From a virus (taxonomy: Duplodnaviria > Caudoviricetes): DNA of 64,000 nucleotides. Each line of letters begins with the position of its first letter. Position 1 is the stretch's first letter. Where the stretch lies: IMG/VR virus record IMGVR_UViG_3300011008_000049, positions 1-64,000 of that record; one strand, 5' to 3'. Positions 29,825-37,361 of the stretch are shown piece after piece. Under the pieces are notes generated by a model that saw only the letters and a list, made by a program, of their open reading frames with translations, ran no database searches and had not been told where the DNA came from. The position numbers and the translations under genes are program-made.

Positions 29825-30685
29825 ATGATTAAATTAAACGGAACAGAGATTGTTATTGATAAATTTCCGGATGGAACACTTCATTTTGCAGATAGTTGCG
29901 GAATGGATAAGCATTCGGGATGGACTTGTGCAGATATTGAATGGTATTTTGAAAGCAATGAAGAAATGGTTTCTTTAATGTTTATTGTCAAACATTTAAG
30001 GGCGCACGATGTTCAAATAGCCAGATTGACAATGCCATATATTCCAAACGCAAGGCAGGACAGAGTTAAGAGCAGCGCAGATGTTTTTACATTGAAGTGG
30101 TTTGCCGATTTTATAAATTATCTCGGATTTAACGAGGTAAGAGTTCTTGACCCGCATTCTTCTGTTAGTGAGGCTTTATTTAATAATCTACGAGTACAAA
30201 ATCCTTCTCATTATATTATGAAAGCAATCACTAAAATCGGTTGTATTAAGGAAGATACTAATAAAAATTTAATTGCGTTTTATCCGGATGAGGGTGCTAT
30301 GAAACGTTATTCTGGTCTGATTCCGTTGGAATATGCTTTTGGAATCAAAAGACGTGATTGGAAAACAGGAAAGATTGAAGGAATTGATGTTGCTGGTTCT
30401 GTTGATGCAATTAAAAATAGTAGCATTATCATCATTGATGATATAAGCAGTAGAGGCGGTACATTTTACTTTTCAGCGAAAAAGTTAAAAGAACTTGGAG
30501 CAAGCCATATCTATTTATATATAACTCATTGTGAAAAGACAATTTTTGAAGGAGAAGTTTTCAAAAGTGGTCTGATTGATAAGGTTTATACTACAAATAG
30601 TATTTTTAATGCGAAAGTCCAGGAATACGGTGTATCTCTTGGATTGAAAGATAAATTTGAGGTGTTTGAATATGAAAAATACTAA
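29825..30685 (+). CDS. prs: ribose-phosphate pyrophosphokinase-like (Adps-like candidate)
   Basis: FPDG, MPYIPNARQDR, LDPHS, PDEGA, IIDDISSRGGTF, THC. Confidence 0.85.
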   Translation: MIKLNGTEIVIDKFPDGTLHFADSCGMDKHSGWTCADIEWYFESNEEMVSLMFIVKHLRAHDVQIARLTMPYIPNARQDRVKSSADVFTLKWFADFINYLGFNEVRVLDPHSSVSEALFNNLRVQNPSHYIMKAITKIGCIKEDTNKNLIAFYPDEGAMKRYSGLIPLEYAFGIKRRDWKTGKIEGIDVAGSVDAIKNSSIIIIDDISSRGGTFYFSAKKLKELGASHIYLYITHCEKTIFEGEVFKSGLIDKVYTTNSIFNAKVQEYGVSLGLKDKFEVFEYEKY

Positions 30686-32144
30686 CCCTATGCTTTTGAT
30701 TGATTTTTATAAGGCTGTTCATGCAGAAATGCTTCCGAACAATATTACAAAATCCGTATCATATTTTACTCCGCGTATGAGCAGAGTCAAAAGATGGGAT
30801 AAGGTCGTAATGTTTGGATTACAGGGATTTATTAAAAGGTATTTGATTGATTATTTTAATAATGAATTTTTCAATAAACCTTTTGATACGGTTATATCGG
30901 ACTATAAACGCATTATGGATGCAACTCTTGGAAAAGATGCTTATAAAATCGAAAAAATTGAGCATTTGCATAAGTTAGGCTACTTACCAATTGAGATAAT
31001 TGCCCTTCCGGAAGGAACTCTTGTCCCTATGCACGTTCCTATGTTTGGCATTACGAATACACATCCGGACTTTGCATGGCTTCCGCAATCTCTCGAAAGT
31101 CTTATTTCCGCCGAAAGCTGGCATCCAATGCTTGCTGCAACAGTCGGATATACTTACCGTGAGATAGTAAACAAGTATTATGATTTAACTTGTGATGACA
31201 ATGTACCGAGAGCAAAGGCACTTGGGGCATTTGATTTCAGAGGCGAGGAATGTACTGAATCGGCAGTTAAAGCCGGAGCAGGATGGTGTTTATCGTTTTT
31301 GAATACTGCAACAGTTCCAACAATTCCTTATCTTGAAGAAATGTATAATTGCGATTGTACGAAAGAACCAGTTGCGTTTGGCAGCCCAAGTACAGAACAT
31401 TCTGTAATGTGTAGCAATTATGCAGTTGATGGTGATGAAATCACATTATTGCGAAAGTTATTAACAGAAATTTATCCAAACACATCATTTTCTGCTGTTT
31501 TGGATTCCTATGACTATTGGAATGTTATTGATAACATTCTTCCGCAACTTAAACCTGAAATTTTAGCACATAACGGATGTATGCTGATGCGTGGAGATTC
31601 CGGAGATTGTGTTGAGGTTGTTACAAAAACTGTATTCAAACTCTGGGATGAATTTGGAGGTAACATTAATAGCAAAGGATATAAAGTTCTTAATCCCCAT
31701 GTAAAAGCAATCTATGGAGACTCTATTACAATTCAGAGATGCGAAGAAATTTATAAAATCCTGATGAGTAATGGGTTTGCCTGTTCAAACGTGGCTCTTG
31801 GTGTTGGTTCGTTTTCTTTCCAGTGCGTTGAAGAAGATGGAATTTTGAAGCCGTTTACCAGAGATACATTTAGTTCTTGTATTAAAGCAACATATTGTGA
31901 AATTGATGGAAAACCAACTCCAATTTTTAAGAATCCAAAAGATGGTGGGTTTAAGAAATCGCAAAAAGGATGTTGTGTTGTTTTCAAAGACAATGATGGA
32001 CATTTAACATATCATGATGAATACACCTGGGATGAGGCAAGTAAAGAAAACAACTTGTTAAAGCCTGTTTATAAAGATGGAGTTTTACTTTTTGAGCAAA
32101 CTCTTTCCGAAGTTAGAAGCAATCTACACGGAGGTAATTTTTGA
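30672..32144 (+). CDS. nadV: nicotinamide/nicotinate phosphoribosyltransferase-like (Namat-like candidate)
   Basis: DFYK..H, DF.RG, STEHSVM, DSYD, RGDSGD, IYGDSI, KKSQKG; start moved to ATG 30672. Confidence 0.85.
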   Translation: MKNTNPMLLIDFYKAVHAEMLPNNITKSVSYFTPRMSRVKRWDKVVMFGLQGFIKRYLIDYFNNEFFNKPFDTVISDYKRIMDATLGKDAYKIEKIEHLHKLGYLPIEIIALPEGTLVPMHVPMFGITNTHPDFAWLPQSLESLISAESWHPMLAATVGYTYREIVNKYYDLTCDDNVPRAKALGAFDFRGEECTESAVKAGAGWCLSFLNTATVPTIPYLEEMYNCDCTKEPVAFGSPSTEHSVMCSNYAVDGDEITLLRKLLTEIYPNTSFSAVLDSYDYWNVIDNILPQLKPEILAHNGCMLMRGDSGDCVEVVTKTVFKLWDEFGGNINSKGYKVLNPHVKAIYGDSITIQRCEEIYKILMSNGFACSNVALGVGSFSFQCVEEDGILKPFTRDTFSSCIKATYCEIDGKPTPIFKNPKDGGFKKSQKGCCVVFKDNDGHLTYHDEYTWDEASKENNLLKPVYKDGVLLFEQTLSEVRSNLHGGNF

Positions 32145-33319
32145 TGATTGATAAATTTGATGGTGAATATGCTTTTTTAAGCAACTTTTTTGAAGTTCCT
32201 GTAAATTATGACGGTCTTTTATATAGAAATAGTGAAGCAGCATTTCAAGCACAAAAAACCATCAATCAAAATGAACGATTACAGTTTGTGAATCTTAACG
32301 CATCTCATTCAAAGAGGCTCGGAAGAACTATTGAATTACGGAAAGATTGGGAATCCATTAAAATCAGAGTTATGTATGAAATTTGCCTCGCAAAATTTTC
32401 TCAAAATCCTGAACTTGCTAAAAAACTGATTAAAACCGGTGACAATATTCTTATTGAAGGCAACACTTGGAATGATACATTTTGGGGCGTATGTAACGGC
32501 GAAGGCAGAAACAATCTCGGTAAAATACTGATGAGAATAAGAGCGGAACTTTCATTTGATGCGGTAAAAGTTAAAGAAAATGTCGTAAAATGGATAAAAG
32601 ACATTTTTGAAACAAACGGGAAAGGGTGTAACGCCGTTGTTGGAATCTCTGGTGGAAAAGATTCAAGTGTTGTTGCTGCGCTGTGTGTTGAGGCACTTGG
32701 TAAAGAAAAAGTAATCGGTGTTTTAATGCCTAATGGCGTACAAAATGATATATCTGATTCTGTAAAATTAGTTGAACATCTTGGAATCAAATATTTAACT
32801 GTTAATATTTCCGATGCTTATAATGGCGTGATAAATGAAATCAATAGTATTTTTGTTCCCGAAAGAGATGGATATGAAGATATTGTTATTTCGGAGCAGA
32901 CAAAGGTAAATCTTCCGGCAAGAATTAGAATGTCAACATTATATGCAGTATCACAATCTATGAATGGCAGAGTAATGAATACTTGTAATTTGTCAGAGGA
33001 TTGGGTTGGATATTCCACGAGATATGGAGATGCAGCAGGAGATTTTAGTCCAATATCATCATTAACGAGTGGTGAAGTTGTTAAAATCGGTAAAGTGTGT
33101 GGCTTACCAGATGAATTAATTTATAAAGCTCCTTCGGATGGGTTATGCGGCAAAACAGATGAGGATAATCTTGGGTTTACTTATGATGTTTTGAACACAT
33201 ATATAAGAACCGGTATATGTGATAATGATGAAATCAAAGACAAAATAGATTTAATGCACAACAAAAATAAGTTTAAGTTGCTTCCTATGCCAAAATATGA
33301 GTATAATCCAAATGATTAA
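32141..33319 (+). CDS. nadE: NADAR (YbiA-like) domain fused to NH3-dependent NAD+ synthetase
   Basis: N-term FLSNF..EAAFQAQK..KF.QNP.L..L..TG..LIEGN..D.FWG..G.N.LGKILM; C-term GISGGKDS, ARIRM, GYSTRYGD, PSDGL..TDEDNLG. Confidence 0.9.
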   Translation: MMIDKFDGEYAFLSNFFEVPVNYDGLLYRNSEAAFQAQKTINQNERLQFVNLNASHSKRLGRTIELRKDWESIKIRVMYEICLAKFSQNPELAKKLIKTGDNILIEGNTWNDTFWGVCNGEGRNNLGKILMRIRAELSFDAVKVKENVVKWIKDIFETNGKGCNAVVGISGGKDSSVVAALCVEALGKEKVIGVLMPNGVQNDISDSVKLVEHLGIKYLTVNISDAYNGVINEINSIFVPERDGYEDIVISEQTKVNLPARIRMSTLYAVSQSMNGRVMNTCNLSEDWVGYSTRYGDAAGDFSPISSLTSGEVVKIGKVCGLPDELIYKAPSDGLCGKTDEDNLGFTYDVLNTYIRTGICDNDEIKDKIDLMHNKNKFKLLPMPKYEYNPND

Positions 33320-33348
33320 AAATAATTTAGAATATTTTCAAAAACTAC

Positions 33349-33377
33349 TTGACAAATTAAGATTCGTGTGCTATAAT
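33349..33377 (+). promoter_or_regulatory. sigmaA promoter driving the DGR operon
   Basis: TTGACA-N17-TATAAT. Confidence 0.8.
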
Positions 33378-33440
33378 ACAGATACACTAAATAAGACGGA
33401 TAAACACCGTAACACATTTATAAAAGAAAGAGGTATTAAA

Positions 33441-34052
33441 ATGAAAATCGAAGTTAAGAACAATGTTCCCGGACTGAATGTGACCGTGAACCAGAATGCA
33501 GATGGTTCTTTCGCCATCCTTCTCGCAGAGCAGCGCAAAAAGACTCTTGGAGATGTTAAGCCCGGAGAAGTTGTGAAACTCGGAAACCGTGAATATATCG
33601 TTCTCGGTCATGCTGCGGAGACTACTGCTGTAATTACCAAGGAATTTGCAAAGAAAATGGAGTTTGGTAATAACGGAGATTATTCAAAGAGTTATGTCCG
33701 TGAATATTGCAATGGAGAGTTCTATAATGAACTTGTAAAGGCTGTCGGAAAGGATAACATTGTAAAGCATACCGTGAACCTTATGGCTGATGATGGCACT
33801 GGTAAGGGCAATGTTGTTCAGGACTATGTTTCTATTCTGACTACTGACCTTTATCGCCGCTATCGCGCCTTTCTCCCCTCTTATGGAGATTGGTGGTGGA
33901 CTGCAACCAGAGTTTCCGCTGATGATAGTCTTGGATATGCTCGTGACGTTTGCTATGTCTGCTCCAGCGGTATTCTGGGCTGGCGTGGCTGTGGCTGTTC
34001 CAGTGGGGTTCGCCCGTTTTGTATCTTGAATTCTTCTGTCTTGGTATCTTGA
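33441..34052 (+). CDS. DGR target protein, C-type-lectin fold (DUF6273-like)
   Basis: WWWTAT...GVRP C-terminus contains the VR; start moved to ATG 33441 (GAGG RBS). Confidence 0.85.
   Translation: MKIEVKNNVPGLNVTVNQNADGSFAILLAEQRKKTLGDVKPGEVVKLGNREYIVLGHAAETTAVITKEFAKKMEFGNNGDYSKSYVREYCNGEFYNELVKAVGKDNIVKHTVNLMADDGTGKGNVVQDYVSILTTDLYRRYRAFLPSYGDWWWTATRVSADDSLGYARDVCYVCSSGILGWRGCGCSSGVRPFCILNSSVLVS
33939..34018 (+). repeat. DGR variable repeat (VR)
   Basis: 80 bp, 12 mismatches to TR, all opposite TR adenines. Confidence 0.95.
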
Positions 34053-34067
34053 CAGAAATTATAAATA

Positions 34068-34433
34068 ATGAGTGATGAACGAAAATTTGAGATAGGTGAA
34101 AAGGCTGAACAGTTATATTTTAAGGTATTTGACCTAACAACGAATAGACAGCATTATCCGGTCAAATTTCGTAGGATGGCAGACAGACTTCAAGAATATG
34201 CTCTTGATATACATAGTGATGTTTTGGATGCGAATTCATATACATCAAGTTCAATGTCTCATAAGCAGAAACGATATGACTTGCAGACTAACGCTATAAC
34301 AAAATGCAACAAGTTATTAAGTTTGACGAAGTATTGTTTGCACGCTCATTTAATAAGTTATGCTACAAGCGAGGAATGGACTAATTTAGCCCATGATATA
34401 AAATATATGACTCTTGCTTGGAGAAAGACCTGA
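34068..34433 (+). CDS. avd: Avd-like four-helix-bundle DGR accessory protein
   Basis: 121 aa helical protein, YP..FR..L, C-terminal W, between target and TR. Confidence 0.85.
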   Translation: MSDERKFEIGEKAEQLYFKVFDLTTNRQHYPVKFRRMADRLQEYALDIHSDVLDANSYTSSSMSHKQKRYDLQTNAITKCNKLLSLTKYCLHAHLISYATSEEWTNLAHDIKYMTLAWRKT

Positions 34434-34462
34434 CTTGATATTCTTTTAGGCTATATGCTGTC

Positions 34463-34542
34463 GCTCGTAACGTTTGCTATGTCAACTCCAACGGTATTCT
34501 GAACTGGAATGACTGTGACTATTCCAATGGGGTTCGCCCGTT
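34463..34542 (+). repeat. DGR template repeat (TR)
   Basis: AAC/AAT-rich copy of VR between avd and RT. Confidence 0.95.
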
Positions 34543-34656
34543 CTGGTGGAAGTGCGAGGTCTATAAACCGCTTCGGCGGTTACAAGGAGAGCGCCACATC
34601 AAAAGAGCATATAACCTTTCTCATAAGAAAAGATGGGATAAATACAAAAGTCTATT

Positions 34657-36087
34657 ATGGGTGATTTTCAGAAACTTACTGATTTCGGGAATCTCTATAA
34701 TTCTTGCCAAGTTTCTTTAAGAGGTAAAGGCAAGAAAAAGAGTGCGGCGAAGTTCAATGTTATGGCACTCGAACACCTATGCGTGATGAAAAGACAATTA
34801 TTGAGTCGCACATACAAAATTTCGCCGTATTCTGAATTTATCGTAAAAGAACCAAAAACAAGAGTTATCAAGTCAGGTTCTTTCAAAGATAAGGTGTTGC
34901 AGCATTGTCTATGTGATTATGTTTTGCTGCCTACAATGAAAGACATTTTTATAACAGATAATTATGCCGGACAGATAGGAAAAGGAACATTATTCGGTCT
35001 TGACAGATTATCTGAAAATCTCCAAGAGTTTTATAATGAGCATGGGAGCAAAGGATATATTCTAAAATGTGATATAACTAAATTCTTTTATTCAATCAAT
35101 CATGATTTGATGAAAGAAAGTATCAAAGAATATTTCCAGGATGATGGTATTCAATGGATATGTAATCTTTTCATAGACAGCGTAGATGGTGATGGACTTC
35201 CTCTCGGAAATCAAAGCAGTCAAGTTTTTGCACTTATATTCCTGAATGGTCTTGACTATTTTATAAAAGAAGAATTGAAGTGCGAATACTATGGTCGCTA
35301 TATGGATGACTTCTATCTGTTGTCAAATGATAAGGATTATCTAAAATACTGTTTACAACGGATTACAGAATTTTTATCTGGTTTGCGCCTATCACTAAAT
35401 AGTAAAACAGAAATTGTTCCAATGAGCAAAGGAATAAGATTTCTCGGTTTTCATACATATCTTACGGACGATGGAAAAGTAATAAGAAAATTAAATGGAG
35501 AGAACAAAAGACAAATTAAAAAGCGTTTAAGAATTTATTCAAAATTGGTACTTGCCGGAATAATGACAAGAGAAAAATTTGATGAAAGTTATAATTCTTG
35601 GCGCAATCACGCTTCTCATGGGAATTGCTTTAAGTTGTTATGTGAGATTGATAAATATGTAGAAGAATTGTTTGGAGAGAAGAAAATGGAAACCAGAATT
35701 ATTATTGCAGGTAGCAGAGGATTTACGGATTATCAATATCTTAAATCTAAAATGGAACAGTTTATCAAAGAACATCCGAATCAAAGGTTTGTCATTATAA
35801 GCGGAACTGCCAATGGAGCGGATAAACTTGGAGAACGATTTGCGATTGAAAAAGGAATTGAACTCCGCAGATTTCCAGCAGAGTGGAATAAATATGGTAA
35901 ACGAGCTGGATATTTAAGGAACGTTCAAATGTTGGATTTTGCAGCACAAGCTGACGGAGAATCTGTTCTTATGGCGTTTTGGGACGGTAGCAGTAAAGGC
36001 ACAAGGCATATGGTTAAAATTGCAAAGAACGCCGGAATTACCGTCAATGTATTTTTGAAAGAAGAAAAGAACAATGAGAATAATTAG
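34657..36087 (+). CDS. DGR reverse transcriptase fused to C-terminal SLOG (YspA/DUF2493-like) domain
   Basis: LKCDITKFF, GLPLGNQSSQ, RYMDD, FLGF; from aa 344 IIIAGSRGF..ISGTANGAD..AGYLRN..AFWDGSSKGT. Confidence 0.9.
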   Translation: MGDFQKLTDFGNLYNSCQVSLRGKGKKKSAAKFNVMALEHLCVMKRQLLSRTYKISPYSEFIVKEPKTRVIKSGSFKDKVLQHCLCDYVLLPTMKDIFITDNYAGQIGKGTLFGLDRLSENLQEFYNEHGSKGYILKCDITKFFYSINHDLMKESIKEYFQDDGIQWICNLFIDSVDGDGLPLGNQSSQVFALIFLNGLDYFIKEELKCEYYGRYMDDFYLLSNDKDYLKYCLQRITEFLSGLRLSLNSKTEIVPMSKGIRFLGFHTYLTDDGKVIRKLNGENKRQIKKRLRIYSKLVLAGIMTREKFDESYNSWRNHASHGNCFKLLCEIDKYVEELFGEKKMETRIIIAGSRGFTDYQYLKSKMEQFIKEHPNQRFVIISGTANGADKLGERFAIEKGIELRRFPAEWNKYGKRAGYLRNVQMLDFAAQADGESVLMAFWDGSSKGTRHMVKIAKNAGITVNVFLKEEKNNENN

Positions 36088-36265
36088 AAAAGGAAATCTT
36101 GAACTTCCAAAGAAAATTAAAAGGTTTCATTGTGAAGAATGTGGATGTATTTTTGAAGCAGAGAAATCAGAATATCAATCTGGAAGTCAATATAACGAAA
36201 CATACTATTATTGTCAATGTCCTACTTGTGGAAAGATAACTTATAAAGAGATTCCGATAAGATAA
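36074..36265 (+). CDS. small zinc-ribbon protein
   Basis: CEECGC...CPTCG. Confidence 0.7.
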   Translation: MRIIRKGNLELPKKIKRFHCEECGCIFEAEKSEYQSGSQYNETYYYCQCPTCGKITYKEIPIR

Positions 36266-36293
36266 AAAAATAAAAATAATTTGCAAAAACCTC

Positions 36294-36322
36294 TTGACAG
36301 ATAAATAAAAGTATGGTATAAT
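36294..36322 (+). promoter_or_regulatory. sigmaA promoter for tRNA/ncRNA region
   Basis: TTGACA-N17-TATAAT. Confidence 0.8.
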
Positions 36323-36502
36323 GTAAGAGCATTAGATGAGAGCCGACAAATAAAAGGTCGGTAATCATTTGAGGCTAATAAATAAGATGGAATAACAACA
36401 CAATTATTTGAGTAGTGAGTATAAAGCCATATTGAGTATGCCACAACGTACAAACTATTATATAAGCGCCCGTACAACGCTGTAATAGTGTGGCAGGGAT
36501 TA

Positions 36503-36576
36503 GAGTGATGGTGTAATAGGTTGCATTCTGCCCATGAGGGGGCGGAGGTACGGTTCGAGTCCGGTAATATCTCGCC
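36503..36576 (+). pseudogene. degenerate tRNA-like element
   Basis: D-arm and GGTTCGAGTCC T-loop present; anticodon loop and acceptor stem irregular. Confidence 0.4.
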
Positions 36577-36754
36577 CAAAAAGAAAGTCCCTTAAAAGTA
36601 CAAGATATGAAAAAGCGACAAATCAAATGATGGAATTAGAAAGACTGTTTAAGCCAACAGAATGTAAAAACAAAATGGCTTGCCGGTAGCAGTGCTGCGC
36701 AGACTAAATCCGGTTGTCGCTCCCACAGGTGAAAGTCCTATGGCTCAATAATTT

Positions 36755-36831
36755 GCGGGCATGATGTTTAATGGTTAGCATCCCAGTTTTCCAAACTGGT
36801 TGTGAGGGTTCAAATCCCTTTGCCCGCTCCA
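36755..36831 (+). tRNA. tRNA-Gly(TCC)
   Basis: Cloverleaf, loop TTTCCAA, CCA end. Confidence 0.9.
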
Positions 36832-36835
36832 ATAT

Positions 36836-36909
36836 TGGGATATGGTGTAATGGTAACACACAAGACTTTGACTCTTGCTTTGTAGGTTCGAGTCCTGCTA
36901 TCCCAGCCA
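36836..36909 (+). tRNA. tRNA-Gln(TTG)
   Basis: Cloverleaf, loop CTTTGAC, CCA end. Confidence 0.92.
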
Positions 36910-36912
36910 TTT

Positions 36913-37003
36913 GGAGAGGTAATCCTAATTGGTAAGGAAGCAGTTTGCTAAACTGTTAGTAACCAGCAATGGCGTGTGAGTTCGAGTCTCGCCCTCTCCG
37001 CCA
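36913..37003 (+). tRNA. tRNA-Ser(GCT)
   Basis: Long variable arm, loop TTGCTAA, CCA end. Confidence 0.9.
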
Positions 37004-37006
37004 TTT

Positions 37007-37083
37007 AGGAGAGTAGTTTAACGGTAGAACTCCGGTCTCCAAAACCGATGTAGATGAGGGTTCAAATCCTTCCTCTCCTGCCA
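37007..37083 (+). tRNA. tRNA-Trp(CCA)
   Basis: Loop CTCCAAA, CCA end. Confidence 0.88.
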
Positions 37084-37088
37084 AATAT

Positions 37089-37164
37089 GAGCCAGTAATT
37101 CAGTTGGTAGAATATCGCACTTTTAATGCGAAGGTCATGGGTTCGAGTCCCATCTGGCTCACCA
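37089..37164 (+). tRNA. tRNA-Lys(TTT)
   Basis: Loop CTTTTAA, CCA end. Confidence 0.92.
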
Positions 37165-37165
37165 T

Positions 37166-37243
37166 AGTGGCTATTGATAATCTTCCTTCTTTAATAGAAG
37201 AAATTATTTAAGAAAGTAGATTTTAGATTATCAGATTTCCACT
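37166..37243 (+). ncRNA. Y-RNA-like element 1
   Basis: AGTGGCTA-TGATAATCT-TCCTTCT...AGATTATCA-GATTTCCACT. Confidence 0.7.
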
Positions 37244-37258
37244 CCGTTCCTTTTTGCA

Positions 37259-37332
37259 CGGCTATGTAGAAACTTCCTTCTTTATATAAAACCAAAATCA
37301 AATATTTATAGAAATAGTTTCTGCAATTACCG
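37259..37332 (+). ncRNA. Y-RNA-like element 2
   Basis: CGGCTA-TGTAGAAACT-TCCTTCT...AGTTTCTGCA-ATTACCG. Confidence 0.7.
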
Positions 37333-37361
37333 ATAAAATTAAATTACAAGGAGAAAAGAAA

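Larger units (their letters stand above)
33441..35685 (+). mobile_element. diversity-generating retroelement (target-avd-TR-RT)
   Basis: TR/VR pair differing only at TR adenines, avd, YMDD RT. Confidence 0.95.

Noticed and set aside
33297-33440. N-terminal extension of the DGR target in the ORF track
   Set aside because: Spans the promoter; the RBS precedes ATG 33441
34657-36087. RT as group II intron, retron or Abi RT
   Set aside because: Avd and an adenine-specific TR/VR pair identify a DGR; no maturase/endonuclease domain
36640-36750. FMN or cobalamin riboswitch suggested by GGTGAAAGTCC
   Set aside because: The other conserved boxes are absent and no coding gene follows
36704-36910. Minus-strand ORF (also 43664..43861 on +)
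   Set aside because: Translations of tRNA genes
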